From Trichoplax adhaerens (lineage: Eukaryota > Animalia > Placozoa), in NCBI RefSeq assembly GCF_000150275.1, contig NW_002060947.1, positions 1,171,199-1,235,198 on the forward strand: a stretch of DNA of 64,000 nucleotides, in the 5' to 3' direction. The position numbers were made by a program, and so were the translations under genes. This document shows, one piece after another, positions 36,424 to 49,822 of the stretch (the stretch's first letter is position 1; each line of letters opens with the position of its first letter). Under the pieces are notes generated by a model. It was not told where the DNA came from, made no database searches, and saw nothing but the letters and a program-made list of their open reading frames with translations.

Positions 36424-39322
36424 GGCTGAATATTGGGTATCACAACCTAAAAAGTTTTGCGAATTTTGTAAATGCTGGATAACCGACAATAAAGCGGTAA
36501 GCCCGTTAATATGTAGACAACATTCAATCAGCTGCAGCTTTTGATGCAATCCTATTTCTAGTTTTAATTATATTGAGTGAATTGTATTTACCATTCCACT
36601 GATCCTTCATGGACAATTTAGTAGCGTTTCTTTGTGTATAGATTTCTTGCTGTGATCAAATGCTGTCATTCTACCATTTAGGATTTAGCTCAGCTATTGA
36701 TTACAATCATATTTCTAGTTCCAGTTTAGACGAGCATTTGTCATCTGTTTATCTTTCCAAAGCAAATTCTTTTTGTAGCAGGCATTACTATATGATTCTT
36801 AATAATTATAAATAATCGTTGCATTGGAATCCTGTTAGTAATTAAGTTTCTATAAGGCGTTTCATTGACAATATTGATATAACCTACCTGTATCCTGTAC
36901 AGATTGCTCAATTGGCTTCATAGTTGAAGACGAGGTTCTTTAGACTAACTTCTGGTTAACCGTATAATCAAAGACAATTCAAAATTAATTGTTATACTGA
37001 AATGCTTCTACGTCTCAACGAAACTTTGTTATGTTTAATAATATAATCAATTGGCAATTTAAACGTATCAGCTAGACTACCTTCAATTAACGCATGCATT
37101 AAGCATAGAATTAGAATTCAAATTTAGTGTCTTTCTCTTTCATATGCTATGCGTAACTAAGACGATGGATATTGTGTCTGTATAGTTGTTACTCCTATAT
37201 CGTGATTACGAATTGAACATAAGTAGTGCTGTACTTCTCCTTATAAGTAACACCGATATAATAGGTGCAGTAATTTGAAACAATAATCAAGGTTGACATG
37301 AATATGCTGCGCTTACCTTTATTTTAAATATTCTTATACGAATAAAACGGATGTCTATTAAATACTTGATCAAATACTGCTTAATAAATTCATATTTCAA
37401 TCAATTCCATATCCTTTAATAACAATTGATTGTAGAGTATCGAATTTCACGAACGTGGCGTTAAGCATAAAAAATGCGTTGAAGAAAGAATTCGCGAGGT
37501 ATCAATTCTTTCAAGTCTACATGATGCTGCTGATACAACGTTTAATTACGCTTGAGATACTACTGTATGCAAGCGTGTACAGGCGTTTTAATAATCCAAG
37601 CGATCATTGTACATGTTATGGTAATATAATAGTGAAGTTAGGCCCAATAACTTTTTTATATCCCACTATATACACTAGGCTCGTCATCGCAGCACTGAAA
37701 AGAAAAATGCAGAGAAAGATCTCCAGGCTGAATTACAAGCAATCGAAAAAGTACTGCTAAAGTGGATAGATGCGCTCTTTTGCTTTTTCCTAACTACGAA
37801 AGATTTATATTTTTTATCCTTGTACATCAGGCAGCCGCTGCTGCATTCCGGGAAGACATTAAAAGTAATCCTGCTTTAGCTCGAGAATTGCCTAGCAAAG
37901 GCGCCTACAAGAAGTCGCAATTAAAGCCCCAAGGTGGTAGATATGTTATGTTGTCATTGTACGATTATCAACATAAAACGCTTCATGTAGCTATCATCCT
38001 ATCATCGACTTCTAGAAACTCTTGCAATACAGAGCTCGCTAGTATGCATTAGTAAAGCACGTATGACATATTTCTCTAATTTGTAATCACTAGAGAATTA
38101 CAAGGTGCAACCGGTACAAACAGTACCACATTCACAATGCAGTTGGACTGCTCAACTATCTCCAGAAGGCTACACGTATTACTATAATTGGACTACTGGA
38201 GGTAGACTCCGATAATGATTCTGCCTCCTTGTTTCAATCTAATATTGGTGATATTTCTCTTTTTGTGCAATTTAGAATCAAAATGGGAAAAGCCCGCCGG
38301 ATTTATTCAAAATCAAAGGTTAAATTTATCTTAAGTTGAGTTATCATATTTTATTTCTTTCTTTCTTATTTTTAACTTCTTTGCGGCAGTTATTCTGATA
38401 TGTGACTGATTTAAAAAAATCTAGTTGTCACCATATTAATTTGAGTCTCATTGATTGTTTAATTTCAAAGTTGAATAGGCCCTAAGCTATGTCTAATCTA
38501 AAATTTGCATCATTAACATTATAAGTCATTCTATTCAATCGTTTTCATATAACTAACGTCGACTTTTAACTCATCTAATAGTAATTCAAGTAAAGTTGAA
38601 AATGCCAGTAAAACAGCAGATAGCAATTCGCCTGCTGTAAGTTAGACTCTTAAGCCCACGGCTGCATCGAATTACATGTAGCCCGACATATAGCTTTTTA
38701 AGTATTAATGGCGAAAGTAAACATATTCTACTTATCCATGTTGTAATAGGCTGTTAACGCATTACAAAGGACTTCATAATGGTATAACTGTTGCTAACAA
38801 TATGATATTATACTAATTTTCAATAAAATTAGCAAAGTAAGATCGACAAGGATAACGAAAATGGAATGACAGAAACTGGAATCAAACGCAAGATCGATAA
38901 AGTTGATAGTGGAAACAAGGCTGTTGGAACTGCAAATGCATCTCCCTATGGAGCTTGGGTAACTGTAGCCGTACAGTAAGTTTCATACAATACTAAAATT
39001 CTACAAATTATCCGCAGGCGATACGATGAATTTTAACCATAATAATAATAGCTACTTATGTACTATATGAATGTGAGAATTGATTGCCATAATTTTCGTC
39101 AATATCACTGTATTCAGTGACGTGGTTGAAAAGAAAGTGGAATCAAAGCCAGAGCCCAAAAAGGAGCTGGTTCCAGCCGAAGAAGAAATCGCATTTAGGC
39201 AAAAAACGATCGACTCATTTTCTTCATCTCTACAAACAAATGATAGCGGTGTAGCTAAATTTAAGAAACGTAGTATAAAGTTTGGATTAAAGAAAAATAT
39301 CCGTCAAAGAGACGATGAATAG
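36299..39322 (+). CDS. WBP4: WW domain-binding protein 4 (FBP21) ortholog: matrin/U1C-type zinc finger + WW domain
   Basis: AT|G start split by intron 36301-36423. Exons 36424-36496 (AEYWVSQPKKFCEFCKCWITDNKA), 37436-37498 (SIEFHERGVKHK), 37679-37750, 37831-~37934, 38094-38201 plus 38276-38318 (WTAQLSPEGYTYYYNWTTGESKWEKP), 38582-38636, 38833-38975 (SPYGAW), 39118-39322 (FKKR...NIRQRDDE). Confidence 0.9.
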
Positions 39323-42300
39323 CTAAGCAAAGGCGATATACAGTATTTCTGCCCAATCACAGCTAAAATGCTCCATAATTCTGTTCATCGTTTAAGGTGA
39401 CTTTCACTGGTTTCAAGTTATGTCCAAGCACAGCTATTTTGATTGTCATTTATGTTTCTCTGTTCGGACTGTATTAGTCTTACTAAATGGCTAAATTAAT
39501 TGTGATGTTATTGCGACGATCATCACTTGTGTATATAAAATTTACATCAACACGTAGTACTGTTTGCATGATTTATATCCCATAAAATTTATTGTTCCAC
39601 GTATCAAGCATACGAAAAGACTCGTCTAACTATTATGTAAAATTTGTAATCGTTTGTGAATTACTATGATCTGAATATGCTAGGCAATATTTTTGAGCGA
39701 CCTATCCAATATCATTTGGGCACAATAGCTGTAGATTACGAATGGCTCGATCATGAATATATTTAAAATTTAAATTATAGGCATTTATGATGAAAACTGA
39801 CAATTAGTATTTTATTATAATCTACGCCAAAGTTACTTAAATTCTCTTATTAACGCCATCATCAAGAAGATGCGACAATATTAGATGGCGAAATAATAGT
39901 AATATACCCAGGCTATAGTTTTATATTAATAGTTTTATCATTGACCTATAATATAAAGTTATGAAATTTCTGATAGGGTTTAAAATGTAAATTATAACCC
40001 AAAATCCGATTTGTTTTATTAACTAGTCGGCAATAAACTTTATATTACCAACTTTTAATTTAAAAAGTTGCAATTTACAGTTACTGATACTAAATTTCAG
40101 GAGTTTACAATTTTTGAATCAGAATTAAAGTAACTTATTAATTGGTTGATGAAATTCTTAAGGATAGTATGAATATCATATTCTAAAGATTTCTATGTTA
40201 TAGAATGTTGTTTTGGATGAAATATGATTCTTTATGGAGCAATTACTGAAATATAGGCTTTCAATTGCAGTACATCAATTATTTACTTAGGAATAATGCG
40301 ACTAGTGACCCGCTGATTTCCGACTGAATATTACTTGCATTTATCCAAAACCTTGATATAATTACTATCAAATATATTGTTGTCAAAATACTCATGTTTT
40401 ACATACTCGTATTCCATGAATTGGATACATAAATTTAATTTAATACTTACTGTTTTATAGCTATAGTGGTAACTAATTTAAATGAAGCAGATCAAATTCT
40501 GATAGTATATCAAAAATTGCATAGCGTTAAAAGTCTAATCTGAATCCTATTTCATGTGCTTACGCGCTATAAACTTATGCTAAAATTACCATGTTACTAT
40601 AATTGTAGAAAATAATTTCTTATTATTTACATGAACTAGAATTCAAGGGCATCTTTTAAATAAGTATTTAGCTTTTATTCCATAATTTATCAAAGTGATA
40701 CCGATAACTGAGTAACTAGAACTATTACTGGTATACCAAAATTGATACTCTAATTCAACGATACTGTTAATATGATAATATAATAATATAGTTGAAAGAA
40801 ATGGTAACTGAAAGTTAACCAATCCATGAAATTAAAATTTTTGTGTTTAAAATAAGGAGTACCTGTTGTGATTGCTTACTTACTGTAGTAACTTTCAACA
40901 ATACTTGCCATAATTTTCTCGATATCAAGTATAGGTAGATGGCAATCAGATAATTAAATTACTATTCCAAATATAATTAATCAATTTATTGGTAGATAAT
41001 CACTTAAAAATAACATTTACCAAATCTTAATTTAAAATTATAGTTGAAAGTAAGGAATATGAGAACTTAAAAATGTGTATTTAAACTACGGCTAAGCTAA
41101 GACAAGCAAGTAAAAATGAAAAGTACATCATGAAATATTAATGTCGTAATTAATAACATAAGTTTATACACTAGTACCGTAGATACCTTATTAGCTGTAT
41201 TCATACCATCAGAATCAAGAACACGCCAATGGTAAAATTAATGATACTCAAACGTATTTTGGCACACCATAAAAATCGGAGGTTGAAATACCTGATGGCA
41301 GGCAAGTAATAAAGACTCCCAGTTATTATACGTATACTATAAATGCAGATGAGTAACTCATGTATTTGCTGCGTTCCACATGAAACAAGGATAATATACT
41401 ACTGTAGCGATCTTAGCTGCAAATGCTAGGTAATATAAATCAGCCAGTACCGTTAAATGGTTTAATATTATGTTTTTATTAGATCTACTTAGTAGTTGTA
41501 ATTAGTAAGAGTAAAGCTATGGGTAGTAAGTTTCTAATTTTTTTACAAAATTAGGACATCTGTAGCCTGTTTCATCACAATTTATGATTGTGGACGCATA
41601 TATTTCCATAAAATCAACAGATTTGGTTAGAAAAGACTACAATATCCATGTAATGTAAACATTCGTTCTTACGACCATTTCTAACTACCAAATCCATGTT
41701 TAAAATTGAGACGTATTCTTGGTCAAGGCTTAAATTTTGGATAGATTTGGTATCTCTGTTCATGCTTTACATGGGCACACATTACCTTATATAGCCTTAA
41801 ATGAAGTTATTTATACGATAGTAAACATTGCTTAACCGCTAATTCGTAATAGCACTTATAACTTTCCAATTTACCGTATTCAGTTTGATATAATCCGATA
41901 CACCATAAGTCATACTTCGCCAATGTGCCAGTGTATTCGTGGACAAATTACATTAATTAAGTAGGTATATGAATAAGACATGTATCATGCTATTGAATGC
42001 TACATTTAGTCTAGAATAGAATCATACAATAAACTAAAAAAGACTTTCTACATTAGAGAAGGAGTTCCTCATAAATCTCCGATATATAACGAAGACATAA
42101 TCAGAAATCCAGTTTTAAAAGCTATTCAGCAATCGAGATTAATCTTAGCAACAAAATTTAATTATAGTAGTGTTTAAGCTCATAAATTCAATTTTTATTT
42201 AGTTAATTAGAAATTTGCTTAACAGACATTGTTTCGTAGTGAATATTTAGATATGCTAAGAAGCATGGAAGCTTAACAGGACGGAAGCTAGCTGAAGTTG

Positions 42301-42671
42301 AATGTAGAGGAATATACGCTTATTTTAAATTATCTACCCGTGCTGAATGTAGAACATTTATTAATTATGACAGCTACGGTATTTTTGGTTTGTAGACAAC
42401 TTCCGCAAGGTCTATTTTACTGATATTTCTGTATTAAATAAATTGTTGCATTTGTATCTATAGCACTACTCTAAAGAATGATCGCCTTCGGCTGTAGCTA
42501 CATATTGAATGAACACATGCAGTTTTAACAACACTTACAATTATTTACATTTCAAATTGTTCATATTTTCGCTCGATATATTGACCTATTTCTACTTTCG
42601 TATTGCACATTTGGTGTGAATAACGAATATGCACACAATCAAGGAGCTTATTTTTTAGTATTGTTTTAAAT

Positions 42672-45600
42672 CTACTCAGGTAGCAAATCATCTCCAAGCT
42701 CTTCATCGCCAAATTCATCTTCATTTCGCCTTCGGGCAGCGGTTTTTGGTCTAGCCGGTGCATCACCCAATGGATCATTATATGTCGTATCTAACAGCAA
42801 GTATGGAGAGCAAACATCTTGAGTATGTTCTATTTTATGCTATCTAAGGTGTTATATAGTACCATCTGCATGATTTATGTATTTCTGTATTACAATTTTA
42901 ATTAATGTTAATGTTATCATTACCAATTTCTTTACTTTCTTCTTGATGAATTGGATCCGGTTCGTCGCGAATCTTAGCACTTGAATTCCTACTGGTATTT
43001 CTGCCACTACCTGCACGCTCTACAAATAATGCATAGAGAAGAAATAGTCGCGATAATGTATTAGCCCAAGAGCAAGGAAGAAATAGAATAATTAGAAAGT
43101 AGATTATCATACCACTGCCTGCACTGCCAGATTGTCGACTGCTAACACCATTTCGATTAGCACTGTTAGCTCGTTGCTGTTTAATTTCTTTTGCTTTTTC
43201 GGCTTTCTTTAATTTACCGGCATATTCTTGAGCTTCTTTCATGCCAAGATCTGTACATACTCGAACTAAGAACTTAAGACCTAAATAATACATAGACAAT
43301 TAATATCATCGCTAAAAATCCGTGACATATGTATGCAGCCGTTCCTGTTTAATATTATCGCAAACTAGCTATTATTACTTACAATCGGTGTTTTCCGGGA
43401 ATTTTTCATGTATTTGTTTGTACTTATCCAATGCTCGATTATAATTACCTAAGGAAAATATAGCAGAATTCTATATTAATATAGTTTATTTTTCTTCTAC
43501 TTTAGCCTTAATATTTAAGTACAATTTAGTTTAATCAAAAACGCCAACGAATATGGCAACCATATTAAGTTTATCTTTAACTTTTAAAACTTTTGATTTA
43601 AAATTATTAATAATGTATACTTTGGCCATTCTCACCGATAATTCGATAACAACTAGCTACCATTAGTTGCCACTTAACTTCATTTGGCCTAAATTAATCA
43701 ATTTAACTAGATTAGTAAGATAGAACGTTTACTTTTACACAAAATTCAGAAGATATTGCAAAACCTGCTCCAAGCAAACAAATAATACGTTACTGAACAA
43801 TTAAATATCTTACTGTATCATAGAAGCCTTGTCAAAGTAGGATATTGCCTTCTCACAAAATTGTGATTCTATATAATAACTACCAATCCACGAAATCGTT
43901 TCAATATTTGATGGATAATATCTATAAGACTAGTAGAAAATAATCGTATTATATTCAGCATACTCCCAAAAATGTTTAATTTATCCCACTAGTAGTACCT
44001 CTAAGTAATATTGAAATGCTTGAGATTTGTCTCCTTGCGAGTCGTACAGAGCGCCGAGTTTGGCTAACAAACTTGCATCAGTAGGTGCTAATGTTAAAAC
44101 TTGAGTATACCTGTAATAGGTTTTATAAGTAATATTGTAAGCACTAGAGTAAAAGAAAAATTTTCTCATGACTGTATTCTCAATATCTTACCAATCAATA
44201 GCTTGATGAAAGTCGTCTAATATCTCATATCTATTTTAAAATAAAATTTTAAAATCATTTCTGTTGTTAATTAACTTTAAAAGATTAATATTTGAAATCA
44301 ATTTATTCATATCTGATGCTTCTATTATTAAATATAATGATAAATAAATTTCATGTTTGCATCATTTCGAATTCTAATTTTGATATTTGTATGATTATCA
44401 AGAAAAATCTCTAGGCAATGATTCAGAATAACATTAATTTCTGTTATTAGGGTAGATAATAATGTTGATACTAGATATTGCCCTACAAATATCTGCTATT
44501 ATTTACTAAAATTTTATGACTGTCATTGATTAATTGAACTGAAGTTCTTAACATTGCCTTGCCCTTAGCATAATATAACAAACTCGTAAATTACTCAATC
44601 ACGTTAACGCGTTTCTACGAAATTAAATTCCGAACTTATTATAAAATAGTGTAGCCATGCCGGTTTTTGCTATATTATTGAAATCGATCAAGCAGATACT
44701 CTATCAGTCTAGCAAATTTAATCACATAATAACATAAAATTTGAAAGATTCTCTTCTAGAAACTGTAGTATTTAAGCTTATTACGTATGTTTAGACCTTA
44801 CTGCTGGTAAAATGGATATAATTCTTGATTTAATTTTTGGAGTGAAAAGCGATAGTCACTTTTCAGCAGCATTGTAATTTAAGAAATAGCATACTTTAAG
44901 TTGCATTCGAAATTAGCTAGTAATGATATGCAGAATACTATTCTTACTATTTAATAGAAGTTCTAATAGCTATACCATAATTAAGAATTTTATTACTAAA
45001 ATTTACGTTTCAATTGCATTAAACTCACAGTTCAGCAATTTGAACCAATATCATTGGATCATTACGGATAATGCCATGAAGCTTAAGAAAACAATCCAAT
45101 GATTCTTCTGGACAGTTTAGCATTTTTTTTGTTAAACCTAAATTATATAACGCTTCGACACAAGAAGCTTCCACATTTAATGCTTCCTTGTAATATTCTT
45201 GCGCTTTCTCATATTCTTTTGCCGTAAATAAGCAGTTGCCTTTATTTACCATAGCTACAGATAGAAAAGTAAAAATTTCCCATTAGCGTTCTGATATATT
45301 ATTTCTTTGTACTAGAAAATTTCTGTTCTTAACCAAAGTCTTCATTAATTGTTATTGTCTTTGCTATCAATATTTCGGAAAATTTTCAATATGTTACTGT
45401 CACAACGTGATAATTTAGACTCAAATCAGATTAGTATCTGGAGATCTAAGATCGTAAAACTCTACCTTTATTTCTAAAAGTGATCCTCATTATATGAAGT
45501 ACTGACAACACATAAACATATCGTTATCGTTGTCGATAATATCAGTCTTATCTTAGATATCGAAAGCTTGATAAATACGAAAACATATACTCTTAGAGAA

Positions 45601-48600
45601 ATCTAATTAATGATCTCCTCTTATCTAAATCAACTATTCACGCCTGTGACATTACACTCATCAGTAAAAAACAACAGTTAATACTTTATACTAAACTTAG
45701 CGTTTTAATTAAACAACACGAGCTATATATGTAACCTTTCTAATACTTATATGTCTAATTATAGTAATCTAATCTAAGAAGGTACTATTTACCATACGTA
45801 ATTTTACAACATACGATTGTTATCTTGAACAAGATTTTATACCGTTTGGATTATATCTGTCAGAGGTAATCGCTAAATCGCTGTATTTCTCTGCAAGCGA
45901 TAATTCGCCCTCCTAATTAATTTTTTATAGACGAAACAATTGAATATCAATCAACGAAGTTGTAATATCATTTTATAAATATTAAATATGATCACTGTAT
46001 GAATATACATAATAGGATCAAGTATACCTGAATGTATAAGAAGGCTAAATTGGTGGCAGCTGCCGTAGCCATGGTGGAGTCTTTTTTCTCGAATGATTTT
46101 AAAGTTTCTGTGGCCTATTCAGTAGAATCAGGCATTAAATATATAACCTTAAATTTTCATCCTTTTTCATCTTTACATTGCTATCAGTATTATCGTATTA
46201 TACCTTTGCCAAGTCTTTCATCTTTAAATAAGTAACAGCTTTTGTAATTTCAAGGTCATTTGCTAGCTCAACATAAGGAGAAGATTTAACACAACCAATG
46301 CACCTATTATTTGACAGCGGGACATCAATTCAAAATTAGCTTTTGAAATTAAAATGGATTAAAAAGTCTTAGTACATCGATTCATTTATCTTCCATACCA
46401 ATCAAATCCAGCCGCAAAAGTGGGTTCGATAACTGGGGCAATCAACTTAGCAGCATACATGATACAACGTTCAGCTGTTGATTTTCTGTTAAGCAAATGG
46501 AAGTTAAATTACGCTATATTTTATAGATTTTGACTTTAAAAAAGTGATAATTTAAGCAATAAATGTGTAAGAAATAATATATATAGAAGTTCTCAACACA
46601 CCTTTCACGTTCGACTTTCCATAGTGTATCATTTCTAATGGCTTCATAATAGATATTCATGTCATTATCGTCCTATATTTACATTTAAAGTTCTGCTTAA
46701 ATATCTTTTAACCTTAACTGTATATCTTTTATCTTAATGATAAATATCTACAGAAAATTATGTTAAAGCTATTTCGGTTTCAATGATTTTTCTATTCAGT
46801 AAGAAATTAATATTTAACATTAAATTATTATCATTAGATAATATACATCAATGTAGTACAATAACAAGTTAAGACCAAAAGCAGCATAGAAAGTTGGAAA
46901 ACTGATACTTTACAATGGCAACAAATGGAAAATTAATAAATTTTAATTCTGTTTTTAATTAAAGGAAGCTATTTCTCATAATACTAATAATTTCGTGGGT
47001 TAATGTATTTGAGAATGACAAGTAATCTCTTATTACTTTCAAGCAGCTCAAATGACGTAGTTAGTGACTTTAGTTACAATAATTACTTACGCTAACGGAC
47101 ATGAACTTTTCATCATCACCTACGCCTAAATCTATCATTAGCATTCGTTGGAAAGTCTTTTTCATTTTATCGCGATCGTTGATGGAATAATAGCATACTA
47201 TTAAATTTAATCCAGTCTTAAAATCGCCCTTTTCGGTCATAATTTGGTCATAAACTGTGACCGCGTCTTCATATTGCCCCAACCGAACGAAAGAAGAGCC
47301 TATATTTTGCATTATCTTAATTCTAATAAAAATAAAGACAGATCCTTAGGTTAAATGATACTCATTTACGATTTTACTATTTTTAAAACTTTACGACTGC
47401 AATATATTTCCGTTATATTGAATAATTAGTTTTCAAAAATGTTGACCTCATCGTTGTATTAGCGTTAGGGACTTGGTCTAATGCCATCCGATACATTCTA
47501 ATCGCCTGCTGGTGTTTTCCTTGCTTACTATAGATATTGCCCATATTAACACGTAATCGTCCTAGTAAAAGTTAATACTACCTTATTAAAATTTGGTAAG
47601 AAATACGATAACTGTGACTAAACTACCAAATGTACGCTTATAGTACCACTTTAATAATACCTGCATTACTAAACATTTTATTCTTGACTATGACCGAAAA
47701 TGAATTTAACGCTTCTTGATACATGTCACAGGCTTGATATTGATTCGCTAACACAAATAATACCTAGTAGAGCAATTTTAAGATTTGAATTTGTCAACGA
47801 CTACAAGTTATTTGATATGTTACGATACCATGAAGCGGACAGTTCGTTAATACAAGATTAGATTATCATTTGCTAACCGAATAGGTCAAGTCTAAATTTA
47901 TTTGATCACTAAGTCCTGCTTGTTCTCTTTGTTTACAAATCATTCTTTCTCTTCTTCCAGCTTCTTTTGCCTTTTCTAGAGCCTAAAGATTTAATTATTT
48001 CATAGATAAACAGGTAAAGGGATCAGTTGAAACTGTCCTAATTAAAAATTTCTGTTTCAAGCAGTTAGCAGTTTATAGACATCTTACTAATTGTAGCTCT
48101 CCTCTTTCACCAGCTAGGGCGCTTTCTTCAATCAACTCATTTACTTTCTTTTCCATCTGTCGTATTTTTTCTTCCGGACTATAATTGTATTAGTATCATG
48201 TTAGAAATTAACTAATTGATAGCTAAGTAAATTATAATGAAAAATTCTACATATCCATTATCATTCGTACTTATCGTCATATTTCGATTCCAAGGGGGGT
48301 GCTGGCCCACGGTTTGCTTGTGTTACGCTTTCACCTGGTACTATAGAATTTTTTAACATTTGAAGACATTAATTTGAAAATTTGTTTATGATAAGTGTTG
48401 TTTCGTAAGCGCTATTGTCCATAACGAAAGTAAAGTTTTAAATCATAGGTAGCAGGGTATAGTAATATAAACTAATCTACATTTTCCTCCAGTAGAGTTA
48501 AATCCAGCTCCTCGAATAGCCGTCATAGGACGAGCTTGATCTTGATTCTGTATAAAAATATCATCATTAGACATTCGTACAATACCTATTTTATGTTTTA

Positions 48601-49606
48601 CAGCTTTATTACTGTGTATTGGATATCTTGCTTAGAATAAATTCTAGATTAAGCAATTACTTACAATAGCGACACCGGTACCTAATCGCGCTTGGCCATT
48701 AGCGCCGCCTTTACTAGCAGTCATAGCAGCAGCGCGATGGCCATAGCTTGTCTTTACAGCCTGTTGGAATTCTGCATCGTCTTCAAGACCCTATAGGATA
48801 ATTAATTATTTTAAAAAAAAGATTCAAAACAAGCAATCTGTTACGTTAAAAGTAATATTATATGATAATTTAAAATTAAATACAATATATAATATCTTCG
48901 TCTTGCGTACATACATATGTTTTTAAAATGATCTAACTTATACTAACTTTATAATCTGTTCTTGAAGTAAATTGGTATTGGATAGCATATTATTCATCTA
49001 CGACTGCTGGTGATTTATATGGGCTATCGTGCTGTTATTATTTGATAATATAGTATAATATCTGATCGTCATTGTGCGTATACAATTTTGTACTGTATTC
49101 CACTAAATACAGTGCTAGTTCATAACATATAATTTCTTCATGCCGATTGGATACTCTAAGAATAAAGCCAAAGTATGAAATATCTTTCTTAATGTATACT
49201 TGTAACTAGTACAAGTACTACCGTAAATTATCATAGCTAATGTCATTTTTAAATACTTATTTCTTAGAGGAAGATGGTTCTGTGATATGATAATAATCAT
49301 TGCAGATGAAATTATACTACTGTGGAAGAGAGAAAATACGCATTATAAAAACATTTAAATATGTAACCAGTAACAGAATTGATCTTCAAAACAAACTGTA
49401 CTACATGAGCTCCTTCTAGTAAGGATATAAGTTTCGGATTTCCAAATCTCTTTCACTCCAGCTAGTAAGCACCGTAATACTATTAAAAAAAGATTTGGTT
49501 CAAGTTGAATTAATACCTTTTGGATGTAGTTTCCATTATCATAACCGCTGTAAAGATCTTCATCATCATCCTCTTCGCCAACTAAATGAATCCTTTCACC
49601 CATCAT
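42672..49606 (-). CDS. IFT88: Intraflagellar transport protein 88 (TPR protein of IFT-B), 23 coding exons
   Basis: N-terminus EDDDEDLYSGY..LEDDAEFQQAVKTSYG, RPMTAIRGAGF, PEEKIRQMEKKVNELIEES, NLDLTYSVLF, KNKMFSNAGRLRVNMGNIY, TPR repeats, QPNEVKWQLMVASCYR, C-terminus RPKTAAR..DEFGDEELGDDLLPE*; all introns GT-AG by manual splicing. Confidence 0.97.
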
Positions 49607-49808
49607 TTTGAAATATCCGAATTTCGATCAAGTTCTACTTGTTACTAAGTGCTAATTTTACTGGCCAAGTGATCTACCGTTGTACGTATTACTGGATCAA
49701 CCGTTTACAAAACAGTTTTGTCATCGATTTCTGTCAGAATTAGTGAGATAGACTAGTCATTTACACCCTACATGATGTCCTTTTTTCTTCTCCTTTTGGA
49801 ATCCGTTT

Positions 49809-49822
49809 GTTTCCATGGTAAT
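49809..49822. promoter_or_regulatory. RFX-binding X-box upstream of IFT88
   Basis: GTTTCCATGGTAAT versus consensus GTTNCCATGGNAAC (one terminal mismatch), about 200 bp upstream of the IFT88 ATG; adjacent palindrome TGCGCGCGCGCA at 49827-49838. Confidence 0.75.

Noticed and set aside
37455-38052. ORFs 37455-37760 and 37762-38052 as separate genes
   Set aside because: They run across WBP4 exons and introns, partly out of frame; the spliced WBP4 model explains the region.
41800-41960. Minus-strand peptide (CIGLYQTEYGKLESYKCYYELAVKQ) resembling a TPR helix pair in the WBP4-IFT88 spacer
   Set aside because: Single short frame with no repeat or convincing splice context; could be chance.
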